Assembly (NCBI RefSeq): GCF_000284455.1
Contig: NC_017039.1
Location: forward strand, 3,330,001 to 3,362,000
Source: Synechocystis sp. PCC 6803 substr. PCC-P
GTDB lineage: Bacteria > Cyanobacteriota > Cyanobacteriia > Cyanobacteriales > Microcystaceae
Direction of reading: 5' to 3'
Length of the DNA stretch: 32,000 nt
Of this stretch, positions 8,993 through 19,352 are shown piece by piece (position 1 is the first letter of the stretch; the number at the start of each line of letters is the position of its first letter). The position numbers were made by a program, and so were the translations under genes. The notes beneath the pieces are model-generated. The model saw only the letters and a program-made list of their open reading frames with translations. It had not been told where the DNA came from and did no database searches.

Positions 8993-9670
8993 CTAGGCCG
9001 ACAGATGGGCGATCGCCACATTGCCAATGGAGCTATCAAAACTAACATTGAGCAATGTTTGCCAACGGGCTAAAATTTCCTGTTCTCCCCTACGGTTAAT
9101 GTCATCCAAAATGATGGTGCTGTGGGGTGCCAATTGCGGTTGGAAAAAAGGCACTGCAGGAAACCGGGAATATTGAATGTCTTCTCGGTAGGCGGGCGGT
9201 CCATCTACTAACAGGCAATCAATGGTTTTGCTAGCGGGCAACTGGTGACGGATCTTCTGGCGATCGTACCACTGTCCATTGTCCAAGGCCAGTTCGCAGG
9301 GTTCCAAGGGGGCATGGATGAGCTGGACATAGGTGGTCAACTCTTCCCTCGCCAATGCATCATGCAAAAAATTTAACCAATCCAAATTATTTTCGATACA
9401 GTGGAGTCGGCCCTGCAAACCATTGCGACGAAATAAACGGGCAATGTACAACGTAGATACTCCACCACCACATTCCACAATGGATAGATGTTTACGAATT
9501 AAAATCGTGTTGAGAATTTGTACCAATCCACTGGGGCGGAGGGCATAGCCACTCCAAGGCAAATAGTTGCCTGTCAACGGAGCCAAGTACTGCATGGCCA
9601 AGCTATCTTCCCAAATTTCTTGCAATCTTTGGTGGTCTGTTTCTGGAGGCAGGAAAGAAGGATTGGGCAT
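8993..9670 (-). CDS. Class I SAM-dependent methyltransferase-like protein
   Basis: 225 aa; IVECGGGVSTLYIARLF (motif I), HCIENN (motif II-like), DCLLVDGPP, TIILDD. Confidence 0.75.
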   Translation of the reverse strand: MPNPSFLPPETDHQRLQEIWEDSLAMQYLAPLTGNYLPWSGYALRPSGLVQILNTILIRKHLSIVECGGGVSTLYIARLFRRNGLQGRLHCIENNLDWLNFLHDALAREELTTYVQLIHAPLEPCELALDNGQWYDRQKIRHQLPASKTIDCLLVDGPPAYREDIQYSRFPAVPFFQPQLAPHSTIILDDINRRGEQEILARWQTLLNVSFDSSIGNVAIAHLSA

Positions 9671-9706
9671 ACAGATTAATTACAAAAATCAGATTAAAGC
9701 TTGAGG

Positions 9707-9955
9707 TTAACATTCGTTTGGTATTCTGTCATATGGTTCCGGCTCAACATCGGGAACCTTAGACAAAATCGCTTCATACTTTAACCGACTACCTCTTGTA
9801 GCTCTTTCTTTAAGATAATTTTCAGTCATTAAAGCAGAGACTTTTTCGGCGATCGCACTAGATATAAATTGGTCTATGGAAATTCCATCACGAGTGGCAA
9901 GGTCAGACAAGCTTTTGTGTAATGAGTCAGGAATTTGAACTTGAACAATACTCAT
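9707..9955 (-). CDS. Ribbon-helix-helix / HicB-like antitoxin
   Basis: 82 aa; MSIVQVQIPDSLHKSLSDLATRDGISIDQFISSAIAEKVSALMTENYLKERATRGS. Overlaps the PIN ORF stop by 4 nt. Confidence 0.75.
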   Translation of the reverse strand: MSIVQVQIPDSLHKSLSDLATRDGISIDQFISSAIAEKVSALMTENYLKERATRGSRLKYEAILSKVPDVEPEPYDRIPNEC

Positions 9956-10474
9956 GGCAACTTTCCTATTACGCGTAAAAACTCTGAAGGCTCCAGGACA
10001 TTTAACCCAAACTGCTCTACGCCGACAAAATCACGAGCGTTATAGGTGATTATAGTCTGACAGCCCGCTTTGACGGCAAGCTCTAACACCATTTCATCTT
10101 TGGGATCACGTAGGAAAGGTCGCCAAAGAAAGAAAATTTCATGTCGTATTCCTACTGCACAGTAGAAATCAATTAATTCACCAACTTCTTCAGAACTCAA
10201 GTAAAGGTTCGGCAATTCCCGTAGTAAAACTTCTTCGTATTCGAGCAGTAAAGGGACTGACAAGTGCATGTCAAATTGCTCTGTACCAACCAGGGTAAGT
10301 AACCTAAACGAACTACCACGCCTAGACCTTAATCCAGCAATAATAGCTTGTTTGCAAAGTTGTATTTTGCCCCCTAAATCCCCCAATACTGGGGGACTTT
10401 TAATACTTTCCCCCCAAACTTGGGGGGCTAGGGGGGCATTTAAAACAGACTCTAACGACTTGGGGTAATGACAT
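9952..10474 (-). pseudogene. PIN-domain (COG1569-like) toxin, 5' end interrupted by a MITE-like insertion
   Basis: The track ORF (9952..10386) encodes AIIAGLRSRRGSSFRLLTLVG...DPKDEMVLELAVKAGCQTIITYNARDF, but the canonical N-terminal (I/L)DTN motif is absent. An upstream in-register start, ATG TCA TTA CCC CAA GTC GTT (MSLPQVV) at 10454..10474, resembles a PIN toxin start. The two parts are separated by 10346..10452 and lie in different frames. Confidence 0.7.
10346..10452. mobile_element. MITE-like element, copy 1
   Basis: About 107 bp between TA dinucleotides (10344-10345 and 10453-10454). Its 69-bp core (10369..10437) has imperfect inverted GCCCCCT...GGGGGGC arms and aligns end to end with the copy near 27.3 kb. 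The outer arms are also similar (GAGTCTGTTT / GCTTGTTTG on the minus strand). Confidence 0.7.
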
Positions 10475-10683
10475 TAAAAACTGGAAAACAATTCATATCA
10501 ATAAGTCTCAACTCTATCACGGCAAGAGTGGAGTACGGTTTGAAGCCCATTCCAGCACTTTATCATCAAATTTAATCAGGGGTTAAACAGCGATCGCCCC
10601 CTCAGAGTCACTGGGCAAGTTGGGATAGTTCACTGTAGTTGGGCTTAAAATCAAAGGCAGTTTACTTACCGCTGGAGCAAGCC

Positions 10684-12771
10684 ATGGAAGGGCAGTCAAT
10701 CGAACTAGAACTAAGTGTCATGGCAATGCCGGAGTTAATCGACAGTACTGAAGCAGGCCATACCGCCGGGGTGAAAACTGATTCCAATCCCCAGGCGATC
10801 GCCCAAGACCGTCGTTGGACCATTGACGACAGCGAAAACCTCTACCGCATCACTGGTTGGGGGGAACCTTACTTTTCCATTAATGCGGCCGGCCATGTGA
10901 CCGTTTCTCCCCAGGCTGACCATGGGGGAGCGTTGGATTTGTACGAACTGGTTAAGGGTTTGAGGCAAAGAAATATTGGCTTGCCTTTACTGTTGCGCTT
11001 TTCTGATATTCTGGCTGACCGCATCAATCGCCTCAATGCGGCCTTTGCCCGGGGCATTGCCCGTTACCGCTATCCCAACACCTACCGGGGGGTTTATCCC
11101 ATTAAGTGCAACCAGCATCGCCACATTGTGGAATCCCTGGTGCGCTACGGCACTCCCTATAATTTTGGCTTGGAAGCCGGTTCTAAACCGGAGTTGATGA
11201 TTGCCCTGGCTATGCTCCAACCCCAGGAGAACCCAGAGCCGGATCAACAAAATCAGCCTTTACTAATTTGTAATGGTTATAAAGACCGGGAATATATTGA
11301 AACCGCCTTGCTAGCCCGTCGTCTGGGGCATCGGCCGATTATTGTGGTGGAGCAGGTAGCGGAGGTGGCCTTGGCCATCGAAATTTCCAGCAATCTGGGC
11401 ATTAAGCCAATTTTGGGGGTACGGGCCAAACTGAGTACCCAGGGCATGGGCCGTTGGGGCATTTCCACTGGCGATCGGGCTAAATTTGGTTTAACCATCC
11501 CGGAAATGTTGACGGCGATCGAGCAACTGCGCCGAGCTGATATGTTGGACAGTCTGCAATTGCTCCATTTTCACATCGGTTCCCAGATCTCTTCCATCTC
11601 TGTGATCAAAGAAGCGATGACGGAAGCCAGCCAAATTTTTGTCCAGTTGGCCAAGCTGGGGGCCAATATGCGCTACCTGGATGTGGGGGGCGGACTAGGG
11701 GTGGACTACGACGGTTCCAAAACCAATTTTTACGCTTCCAAAAATTACAACATCCAGAATTACGTTAATGATGTGATTTCGGCAGTGCAGGATGCCTGTG
11801 TGGCCGCTGAAGTGCCCTGTCCTGTGCTGATTAGTGAAAGCGGCCGGGCGATCGCCAGCCATCAGTCAGTACTCATTTTTGATGTTGTGGCCACCAATGA
11901 CATTAATCCCCCCTTGCCTAAGGTGAAGGGCAAAGACCATGCCATTTTGCGTAATTTGATGGAAACCTGGGAAACCATTACGGTGGATAATTACCAAGAG
12001 GCGTACCATGATGTGGAACAGTTTAAAACTGAAGCCATTAGTTTATTTAACTTTGGTTATTTAGGTCTGAAAGAAAGGGCTAAAGCAGAGGAGCTTTATT
12101 GGGCTTGTTGCCGCAAGATTTTACAAATTTGCCGTCAGCAAGAATACGTCCCCGATGATTTGGAAAATTTGGAAGTTAACTTGGCTTCTATTTACTACGC
12201 CAATATGTCGGTGTTTCAGTCGGCCCCGGATTCCTGGGCGATCGATCAACTTTTCCCGATTATGCCCATCCACCGTTTGGATGAAGAACCCACCCAGCGG
12301 GGCATTCTGGCGGATATTACCTGCGACAGTGATGGCAAAATTGACCAATTTATTGACCTGCGGGATGTCAAATCAGTATTGGAATTGCATCCTTTAATAG
12401 AAGTGCATCAGCCAGGGACTCCCCCCAGGGTGGAACCCTATTATTTGGGCATGTTTTTGGTGGGGGCTTACCAAGAAATTATGGGTAATTTACATAATTT
12501 ATTTGGGGACATCAATGTGGTGCATATTCAGATGAATCCGAAAGGTTACCAAATTGAACATTTAGTGAGGGGGGATACCATCGCCGAAGTGTTGGGCTAT
12601 GTGCAGTACGATCCCGAAGATTTGCTGGAAAATATGCGCCGCTACTGTGAACAGGCCATGGAAGATAAACGTATGAGCTTGGAGGAAGCCCAATTATTGC
12701 TGGAAAATTACGAGCGCAGTTTGTTGCAATACACCTACCTCAAGCCCACTTCAGGCATCCACACCAGCTAA
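10684..12771 (+). CDS. speA: Biosynthetic arginine decarboxylase
   Basis: Track ORF from 10639; ATG at 10684 (MEGQSIELELS...) is preferred. YPIKCNQHRHIVESLVRYG (PLP-lysine region), LHFHIGSQI, YLDVGGGLGVDYDG, ESGRAIASHQS. Confidence 0.95.
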   Translation: MEGQSIELELSVMAMPELIDSTEAGHTAGVKTDSNPQAIAQDRRWTIDDSENLYRITGWGEPYFSINAAGHVTVSPQADHGGALDLYELVKGLRQRNIGLPLLLRFSDILADRINRLNAAFARGIARYRYPNTYRGVYPIKCNQHRHIVESLVRYGTPYNFGLEAGSKPELMIALAMLQPQENPEPDQQNQPLLICNGYKDREYIETALLARRLGHRPIIVVEQVAEVALAIEISSNLGIKPILGVRAKLSTQGMGRWGISTGDRAKFGLTIPEMLTAIEQLRRADMLDSLQLLHFHIGSQISSISVIKEAMTEASQIFVQLAKLGANMRYLDVGGGLGVDYDGSKTNFYASKNYNIQNYVNDVISAVQDACVAAEVPCPVLISESGRAIASHQSVLIFDVVATNDINPPLPKVKGKDHAILRNLMETWETITVDNYQEAYHDVEQFKTEAISLFNFGYLGLKERAKAEELYWACCRKILQICRQQEYVPDDLENLEVNLASIYYANMSVFQSAPDSWAIDQLFPIMPIHRLDEEPTQRGILADITCDSDGKIDQFIDLRDVKSVLELHPLIEVHQPGTPPRVEPYYLGMFLVGAYQEIMGNLHNLFGDINVVHIQMNPKGYQIEHLVRGDTIAEVLGYVQYDPEDLLENMRRYCEQAMEDKRMSLEEAQLLLENYERSLLQYTYLKPTSGIHTS

Positions 12772-12853
12772 ATTGACGATGGTGGGGAATGGTAGAGCAT
12801 TACAAAATATTCAAATCTCCTGTTCTCAATTCAGAACAAATTCGCCTCTTTGC

Positions 12854-13606
12854 CTATTTGCTTAAGCGCTTATGGGGCAGGAACTGGTTATCAAAATTGG
12901 GTCTGGCCTGACTAGGGGGTTGGGCAGTGGCCGAGTCAGCGATGGGTCGCGGGGCTTCGGGATTGGCCACTGGAATGGTGGTGGTGGTATTGCCACTAGA
13001 ATTAGCCGGAGGCATGAGGTTAGCGGCCGTATCAGAAGAGGCTGGAGTTTCCGTGGTAGCTACTTCTTCCGTTACCTGAGTTGTTTCCGTTGTCCCACCC
13101 GGTTCCGTTTGTGCTGTGGTGGTTTCTTCAATAACGGCAATGTTCGTAGTGCTTTCTGTTGGGGCGATCGCCGTGGGGGTTTCTTCGGTGGGGACTTTGG
13201 TATCAGGGCCGCCATTGTTAGCAGTAGCCTGGGGGTTGGGGGCAGTGGTTTCCACCAGGTAGGATTCCCCTAATTTTTCCGGGCCAATGAAAATGGGTTC
13301 AAAGGCAACTTCTCCCCGGATGCTCAGCACGGTGCCTTTACGGGGTAATTGGCGATCGGTTTTGACCCAGACCCGTCCGGTTTTATCTTGAATTTGGTAA
13401 GCACCCCCTTCCAAAAATGGGGCCACATTAACCACAATGCCCTGGATATTCACCGTCCGTTGATTGGAAATTTCCTCCAGTTTGGCAATGTCCAAATATT
13501 CCTGGGCCATGCCAAAGGGATTGATGGGGCTACAACTTACCATCCAGCCACTCAGGAACAGGGGAAAGAATAGTTTTCGACTTACCCAGGATAGCTTGGC
13601 AGTCAT
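12854..13606 (-). CDS. Putative lipoprotein with OB-fold-like N-terminal region and low-complexity Pro/Thr/Glu tail
   Basis: From ATG at 13606: MTAKLSWVSRKLFFPLFLSGWMVSCSPINP (lipobox-like), then TVNIQGIVVNVAPFLEGGAYQIQDKTGRVWVKTD..LPRKGTVLSIRGEV, then a Thr/Glu/Pro-rich tail. Confidence 0.65.
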   Translation of the reverse strand: MTAKLSWVSRKLFFPLFLSGWMVSCSPINPFGMAQEYLDIAKLEEISNQRTVNIQGIVVNVAPFLEGGAYQIQDKTGRVWVKTDRQLPRKGTVLSIRGEVAFEPIFIGPEKLGESYLVETTAPNPQATANNGGPDTKVPTEETPTAIAPTESTTNIAVIEETTTAQTEPGGTTETTQVTEEVATTETPASSDTAANLMPPANSSGNTTTTIPVANPEAPRPIADSATAQPPSQARPNFDNQFLPHKRLSK

Positions 13607-13687
13607 TGTCGCCCTCACAATCAATAGCTTCTCGACCACCATACTAGCCTATCCCGTTAATAATCCCGGAGCCTGATTATGCCACCC

Positions 13688-14644
13688 CTAGGACATGGCC
13701 AGCATTCTCTGGATCGGTTTCAGAGCCGCCGCCATGGTGGCCTCCGGTAAGGTAATCTCCGGCGATCGCCGTTGCATAGCCCAGTAGAGTTTTTCCAAAG
13801 TATTCAAACGCATATAGGGACACTCATTGCAGTCGCAATTGCTGTTATTGGGCAGGGGAATGAATTGCTTAGAGGGGGAAAGCTTTTCCATTTGGTGAAT
13901 AATGCCCGGCTCCGTACCAACGATAAATTCTTTGCCCTGGGATTTACCCGAATAATTCAGTAACGCTGTGGTGGAGCCGATAAAATCTGCATGGCGCAGA
14001 ATGGCTTTTTCACATTCAGGATGGGCAATGATTTCCGCCTGGGGATATTGAGTTTTCAGCTCCAGCAAACGCCGTTCCGAAAAGGTTTCATGGACAATGC
14101 AACTACCCTGCCACAACACCATTTCTCGCCCCGTTTGCTCCATAACGTAACGACCTAAATTGCGATCGGGGGCAAAAATTATCTTCTGATCCGGCGGCAA
14201 TTGTTGAACAATTTTCACCGCATTAGAACTGGTGCAAATAATATCGCTCAGGGCTTTAATTTCCGCTGTGCAATTAATGTAGCTAATCACCAAATGGTCA
14301 GGGTGGCGTTGCTTAAACTCGGCAAATTCCCGGGGGGGGCAACTGTCGGCCAAGGAACAGCCGGCCTCTAAATCCGGCAAAAGTACCAACTTATGGGGAT
14401 TAAGAATTTTGGCCGTTTCCGCCATGAAATGCACCCCGGCAAAAACGATTACATCGGCATCGGTGCTGGCCGCCTGTTGGGATAACCCCAGGGAGTCCCC
14501 TAAATAATCAGCAATGTCTTGGATGGCCGCTTCTTGGTAATAGTGGGCCAAAATCACCGCATTCAATTCCTTTTTCAGACTCTGAATGGCTCCCACTAAA
14601 TCACGGGGCAGGGTTTCTTGGGGCGGGGCAACGGCGGTGAACAC
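13688..14644 (-). CDS. nadA: Quinolinate synthase A
   Basis: 318 aa; [74 protein letters not shown]. Confidence 0.96.
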   Translation of the reverse strand: MFTAVAPPQETLPRDLVGAIQSLKKELNAVILAHYYQEAAIQDIADYLGDSLGLSQQAASTDADVIVFAGVHFMAETAKILNPHKLVLLPDLEAGCSLADSCPPREFAEFKQRHPDHLVISYINCTAEIKALSDIICTSSNAVKIVQQLPPDQKIIFAPDRNLGRYVMEQTGREMVLWQGSCIVHETFSERRLLELKTQYPQAEIIAHPECEKAILRHADFIGSTTALLNYSGKSQGKEFIVGTEPGIIHQMEKLSPSKQFIPLPNNSNCDCNECPYMRLNTLEKLYWAMQRRSPEITLPEATMAAALKPIQRMLAMS

Positions 14645-14736
14645 TATGTTTCGGCTCCTGGAATATTTATAGTTAAAACTACCATAAATATTTTATCATA
14701 AAAATCAGTGGGGCATGGGCCAGCGCTTCATCTAGG

Positions 14737-15483
14737 CTAGGATAACCACTGACCCAGGGGCAGTCGGGAGAGCAAGGTAATCACCCCAAAGCCCAGCAAA
14801 ATTGTGCCGCTGAGGGGATTGAGCCAACCGGACCATTGCCGCAGTTGCAATAACCGCTTTAAACTGCCAGCAAACAGGCCAACTAAAATAAGCGGGGCAA
14901 CGTAACCAACGGTATAGGCCAACAAGAGACCACTACCCAGTAACAAATCTTGGCGACTGGCGACCCAAGCTAGCAAGCTGGCCAACACAGGGGTGCTACA
15001 GGGAGAGGCGATTAGCCCAAAAGTTAGTCCGGCCAATAGGGCCCGCAAAGCCGGGGGAAAATCGTCTTTGATCCAATCCGTTGCCCCTAAACTGGGAAAC
15101 TGCAGGGGTAATAATTCCAACAGGTTTAATCCCATTAAAATAGCCACCAAACTCACCAAAATCGGTAAACCTAGCCCAATTTGTCCATAAATTTTTCCCA
15201 AAGCCGCTGCCCCCAGCCCCAAGCTAGCCAAAGTAATGGCCAACCCCAGGGCAAACCAGAGGGATTGTCTCAAAGATTGCAGGCGATCGCCTTCCGTGGT
15301 CCCGCCAATGTAGGCAATGGTGAGGGGGAGCAGGGACAGTAAACAGGGGGTCAAACTAGTGACTAGCCCCGCTAGTAGGATGATCAGTAAACTAAGGGGA
15401 GTTAGTTGTCCCAGTTGTTCCACCACTAGGCGATCAGCCCATTGCTGGAGAAAAAAAAGCTGATTTTGCAGAGATTGCCACAT
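14737..15483 (-). CDS. ccdA: CcdA/DsbD-like thiol-disulfide transporter (cytochrome c biogenesis)
   Basis: Multi-TM protein with LAGLVTSLTPCLLSLLPLTIAYIGG and LLAGLTFGLIASPCSTPVLASLLAWV cysteine-containing helices. ATG at 15483. Confidence 0.88.
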   Translation of the reverse strand: MWQSLQNQLFFLQQWADRLVVEQLGQLTPLSLLIILLAGLVTSLTPCLLSLLPLTIAYIGGTTEGDRLQSLRQSLWFALGLAITLASLGLGAAALGKIYGQIGLGLPILVSLVAILMGLNLLELLPLQFPSLGATDWIKDDFPPALRALLAGLTFGLIASPCSTPVLASLLAWVASRQDLLLGSGLLLAYTVGYVAPLILVGLFAGSLKRLLQLRQWSGWLNPLSGTILLGFGVITLLSRLPLGQWLS

Positions 15484-15611
15484 TACACAGTTGCCCAAAA
15501 AGCCAAAAATAAGTCTGAAATTTGCCGGCTGCCATTTCGCCCCTGGTTTATTGGCGGGGTCAAACCAGAGGAAAGATTAACACTTCTCCGACAATGCTAA
15601 GCAATTCCCAG

Positions 15612-15727
15612 CCATCTTGCCAAAGCTCATCGTCCTAAAGTTAGACATTCCCCCCCTGCCCCTCAATGGAGAGCAGATAATAGAATTCTGTGAAAGTGGG
15701 TTTCCGGACGGCGATCGCCTAGATGGA
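15612..15727 (+). pseudogene. Degenerate duplicated 5' fragment of acnB
   Basis: CATTCCCCCCCTGCCCCTCAA (15646..15666) is identical to 16564..16584 inside acnB. Conceptual translation KLDIPPLPLNGEQIIEFCE resembles Acn[21 protein letters not shown] second block GGTTTCCGGACGGCGATCGCC resembles GGTTTCCTCACGGCGATCGCC of acnB, with the intervening acnB segment missing. Confidence 0.7.
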
Positions 15728-15767
15728 GTTTGTTATGGTGGTATTGGTTTTGTTGTAAAGAGGAATA

Positions 15768-16028
15768 ATGATGAGAGCTTTTGAGGTAATGGCCACAGTT
15801 AAAGATTCCAAACAATTGCTCTTGGATAGTGATTTGCATTGGAATACCAGCCGAGTCAAGGTGATTATTTTGGAATCAGATGAATTGGCATCAAAAGGAA
15901 GTGAGTTTGATCCTGATGACACGCCTGTCGAAGAAATTAAGGTGAGTTTGAGGAAGGCATTAGAGGAATATAAACAAGGAAAAAGAATTCCAGTAGAAAA
16001 TATGTGGGAGGGAATTGATGTCGAATAA
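15768..16028 (+). CDS. Type II antitoxin of the RelB-like pair (relBE/relNEs locus)
   Basis: 86 aa (possible internal start at 15789, MATVKDSKQLL...). Small acidic protein ending EEYKQGKRIPVENMWEGIDVE, directly overlapping the toxin gene. The equivalent locus in Synechocystis 6803 (recalled as Ssr1114/Slr0664) has been described as a relBE-type module. Confidence 0.75.
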   Translation: MMRAFEVMATVKDSKQLLLDSDLHWNTSRVKVIILESDELASKGSEFDPDDTPVEEIKVSLRKALEEYKQGKRIPVENMWEGIDVE

Positions 16029-16380
16029 TCTCCATTTAGTCAATATCGACTTCACCCCCGAATATAGGAGAAGTTTAAAATATTTAGCCAAGAAATATCG
16101 AAATATTCGTTCTGATGTTCAGCCCATTATTGAGGCTTTGCAAAAAGGCGTCATTAGTGGTGATCGCCTGGCAGGGTTTGGCTCTGATATTTACGTCTAT
16201 AAGCTTAGAATTAAGAATAGTAATATTCAGAAAGGGAAAAGTTCTGGCTACCGATTAATTTATTTACTCGAATCAGAAAACAGTATTTTGTTGTTAACCA
16301 TTTACAGTAAAGCTGAACAAGAAGATATTGCCGCTAGTGACATTAATTCAATTTTAGGGGAGTACTCCATAGAAGACTAA
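16018..16380 (+). CDS. RelE/ParE-superfamily toxin
   Basis: MSNNLHLVNIDFTPEYRRSLKYLAKKYRNIRSDVQPIIEALQKG...DRLAGFGSDIYVYKLRIKNSNIQKGKSSGYRLIYLLESENSILLLTIYSKAEQEDI is a standard RelE-fold pattern. ATG at 16018 overlaps the antitoxin stop. Confidence 0.85.
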   Translation: MSNNLHLVNIDFTPEYRRSLKYLAKKYRNIRSDVQPIIEALQKGVISGDRLAGFGSDIYVYKLRIKNSNIQKGKSSGYRLIYLLESENSILLLTIYSKAEQEDIAASDINSILGEYSIED

Positions 16381-16516
16381 AAGGGAGATCACTGCTATTA
16401 AATTTTTCTGACGCCACGCCCCAAACCGTTTGTCGGTAACTTATCCTGTTCCCCTGCATAAAATAGAATATTCACCGTTGACCATGAACTAATATTGCCG
16501 GAGAGAGAACCATCCC

Positions 16517-19123
16517 ATGTTGCAAGCCTACCGTCGCCACGTTGCCGATCGCCAAAAGTTAGGCATTCCCCCCCTGCCCCTCAACGCCCAGCAGACTACT
16601 GAACTATGTGAACTGCTAAAAAATCCCCCCGAAGCGGAAAAAGAGGAATTGATGATGTTATTGCGGGATCGGGTTCCCCCTGGGGTGGACGAGGCGGCCT
16701 ATGTCAAAGCGGGTTTCCTCACGGCGATCGCCAAAGGCGAAGTAACCTGTCCATTAATCAGCGGCCAAGGGGCGGTGGACTTATTAGGAACCATGATCGG
16801 CGGATATAATGTTCAATCCTTGATCGAACTGCTCAAGTCAAAAGATACCAACATTGCCAGTGCGGCAGCCACAGCCCTGAGCAAAACCCTGTTAGTCTTT
16901 GATGCCTTTAATGACGTACTCCATTTGAGTGATACCAACGGCTACGCCAAACAAGTAATTGATGCTTGGGCCGAAGGGGCTTGGTTTATCAACAAACCAG
17001 AAGTGCCGGAAAGAATTACGGTAACGGTATTTAAAGTGCCTGGGGAGACAAATACTGATGATCTGTCTCCTGCTCCCCATGCCACCACCCGACCGGACAT
17101 TCCCCTCCATGCCCTGGCCATGCTGGAAGCAAAAATGCCAGAAGGGTTAGGGACTATTGCCGAACTCAAACAAAAGGGCCATCCAGTAGCCTATGTGGGC
17201 GACGTAGTGGGAACGGGATCTTCCCGTAAATCTGCCATCAACTCCGTGCTCTGGCACATTGGCACAGACATTCCCTTTGTGCCCAATAAACGGGCCGGGG
17301 GTTACATTCTGGGCGGAAAAATCGCCCCCATCTTTTTCAACACTGCTGAAGATTCCGGTGCCTTACCCATTGAGTGCGATGTTAACCAACTCAACACCGG
17401 CGATGTAATCACCATTTACCCCAGGGAAGGCAAAATCACCAACAAAGCGGGGGAAACCATCACCACTTTCCAACTGAAACCGGAAACCATTTTGGATGAA
17501 GTGCGGGCCGGAGGTCGTATTCCCCTGCTCATCGGCCGGGCTTTAACTGATAAAACCAGGGAAGCCCTAGGATTATCACCTTCTCCTCTGTTTGTGCGCC
17601 CCACGGCCCCAGCAGATACCGGCAAAGGGTTCACCCTCGCCCAAAAAATGGTGGGCAAAGCCTGCGGCGTACAAGGTATTCGTCCCGGCACTTCCTGTGA
17701 ACCAATTATGACCACAGTGGGTTCCCAAGACACTACTGGCCCCATGACCAGGGATGAGTTGAAGGAACTAGCTTGCCTTGGCTTTAACGCCGATCTGACT
17801 TTGCAAACCTTCTGTCACACCGCTGCCTACCCCAAACCAGTTGATATTAAAACCCATAAAGATTTACCGGACTTTTTCTCCACCCGGGGCGGTGTTGCTC
17901 TGCGGCCTGGGGATGGCATCATTCACTCCTGGCTCAATCGGATGCTATTACCGGACACCGTTGGTACCGGGGGCGACTCCCACACCCGTTTTCCCCTAGG
18001 AATTTCCTTTCCGGCCGGCTCTGGTCTGGTGGCCTTTGCCGCAGCCTTGGGGGTAATGCCGTTGGATATGCCGGAATCGGTGTTGGTCAAATTCACAGGG
18101 GAATTGCAACCGGGGGTCACCCTGCGGGACATTGTCAATGCCATTCCCTGGGTGGCAATGCAACAGGGCAAACTCACCGTGGGCAAAGGGGACAAGGTTA
18201 ATGTGTTTAACGGTCGGATCATGGAAATGGAAGGATTACCGGATCTGAAAGTCGAGCAGGCGTTTGAGTTGACCGATGCCACCGCTGAACGCTCCTGTTC
18301 CGGTTCCACCATTAAGCTGAGCGAAGAAACTGTGGCGGAATATCTACGCTCCAATGTGGTGCTGATGAAAAATATGATTGCCCGGGGTTATCAGGATGCC
18401 CGTACTCTGTTGCGTCGCATTGCCAAAATGGAGGAATGGTTAGCTAATCCCAGTTTGATGAGTGGGGATGCTGATGCGGAATATGCCGATGTTATTGAAG
18501 TCAATCTGGATGAAATCAAGGAACCCATTGTGGCGGCCCCCAACGATCCCGATAACGTTAAATTAATGTCGGAATGTGCCGGGGATGTGATCCACGAAGT
18601 GTTTATTGGTTCCTGCATGACCAATATCGGCCATTACCGGGCCGCCGCCAAAATCCTCGAAGGAGCTGGTACGGTCAAAGGTCGCCTCTGGATTTGTCCC
18701 CCCACTCGCATGGATGAACAACAGTTACGGGAAGAAGGGATATATGGCATTTTTGCCGCCGCCGGGGCCCGTACGGAAATGCCCGGTTGTTCCCTCTGCA
18801 TGGGCAACCAAGCCCGGGTGGAAGATGGGGTAACAGTCTTTTCGACCTCTACCCGTAATTTCAACAACCGCATGGGTAAAGGAGCCCAGGTTTATCTCGG
18901 TTCCGCTGAGTTAGCCGCAGTTTGTGCCCTCCTCGGCAAAATTCCCACAGTGGAAGAATATCTGGCGATCGTCTCCGAAAAAGTTGCTCCGTTTGAAGGC
19001 GAACTTTACCGCTACCTCAATTTCAATGAGATTGATAATTTCGAGGACTTCGGCCGAGTCATTCCCCTAGACCAAATGCCCAAGATTGAGGATATTTTGG
19101 GAATGCCAGTGGGAGCTAAGTAA
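16517..19123 (+). CDS. acnB: Bifunctional aconitate hydratase 2 / 2-methylisocitrate dehydratase
   Basis: 868 aa; [73 protein letters not shown]. Confidence 0.96.
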   Translation: MLQAYRRHVADRQKLGIPPLPLNAQQTTELCELLKNPPEAEKEELMMLLRDRVPPGVDEAAYVKAGFLTAIAKGEVTCPLISGQGAVDLLGTMIGGYNVQSLIELLKSKDTNIASAAATALSKTLLVFDAFNDVLHLSDTNGYAKQVIDAWAEGAWFINKPEVPERITVTVFKVPGETNTDDLSPAPHATTRPDIPLHALAMLEAKMPEGLGTIAELKQKGHPVAYVGDVVGTGSSRKSAINSVLWHIGTDIPFVPNKRAGGYILGGKIAPIFFNTAEDSGALPIECDVNQLNTGDVITIYPREGKITNKAGETITTFQLKPETILDEVRAGGRIPLLIGRALTDKTREALGLSPSPLFVRPTAPADTGKGFTLAQKMVGKACGVQGIRPGTSCEPIMTTVGSQDTTGPMTRDELKELACLGFNADLTLQTFCHTAAYPKPVDIKTHKDLPDFFSTRGGVALRPGDGIIHSWLNRMLLPDTVGTGGDSHTRFPLGISFPAGSGLVAFAAALGVMPLDMPESVLVKFTGELQPGVTLRDIVNAIPWVAMQQGKLTVGKGDKVNVFNGRIMEMEGLPDLKVEQAFELTDATAERSCSGSTIKLSEETVAEYLRSNVVLMKNMIARGYQDARTLLRRIAKMEEWLANPSLMSGDADAEYADVIEVNLDEIKEPIVAAPNDPDNVKLMSECAGDVIHEVFIGSCMTNIGHYRAAAKILEGAGTVKGRLWICPPTRMDEQQLREEGIYGIFAAAGARTEMPGCSLCMGNQARVEDGVTVFSTSTRNFNNRMGKGAQVYLGSAELAAVCALLGKIPTVEEYLAIVSEKVAPFEGELYRYLNFNEIDNFEDFGRVIPLDQMPKIEDILGMPVGAK

Positions 19124-19136
19124 GCCGTAAAATTAT

Positions 19137-19158
19137 GGTGGGCCTTTTATGGCTCACC
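19137..19158 (+). terminator. Hairpin downstream of acnB, possible terminator
   Basis: GGTGGGCC-TTTTAT-GGCTCACC (one G-T wobble) followed by TTAATTTT, 13 bp after the acnB stop. Confidence 0.5.
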
Positions 19159-19352
19159 TTAATTTTGACTATTCATTTAATTCACCCCTTATCATCACCG
19201 AAGCAGAATATTTTATTACCAGGAAAGGATTTTATTTCGTCTTGAAACAAAGCTTCTCCAAAGCATAGACACAATCACTGTATTGGGGAGACTGAAGATT
19301 TTCTGTGTAGTCCTTAAGTCTGGCTCAAATTTTCTAACTATCCCAATTTTAA

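Noticed and set aside
12872-13273. 133-aa plus-strand Gly/Arg-rich ORF opposite the OB-fold lipoprotein gene.
   Set aside because: Low-complexity reading that mirrors the Pro/Thr-rich tail on the other strand; the minus-strand ORF has a coherent signal peptide and domain structure.
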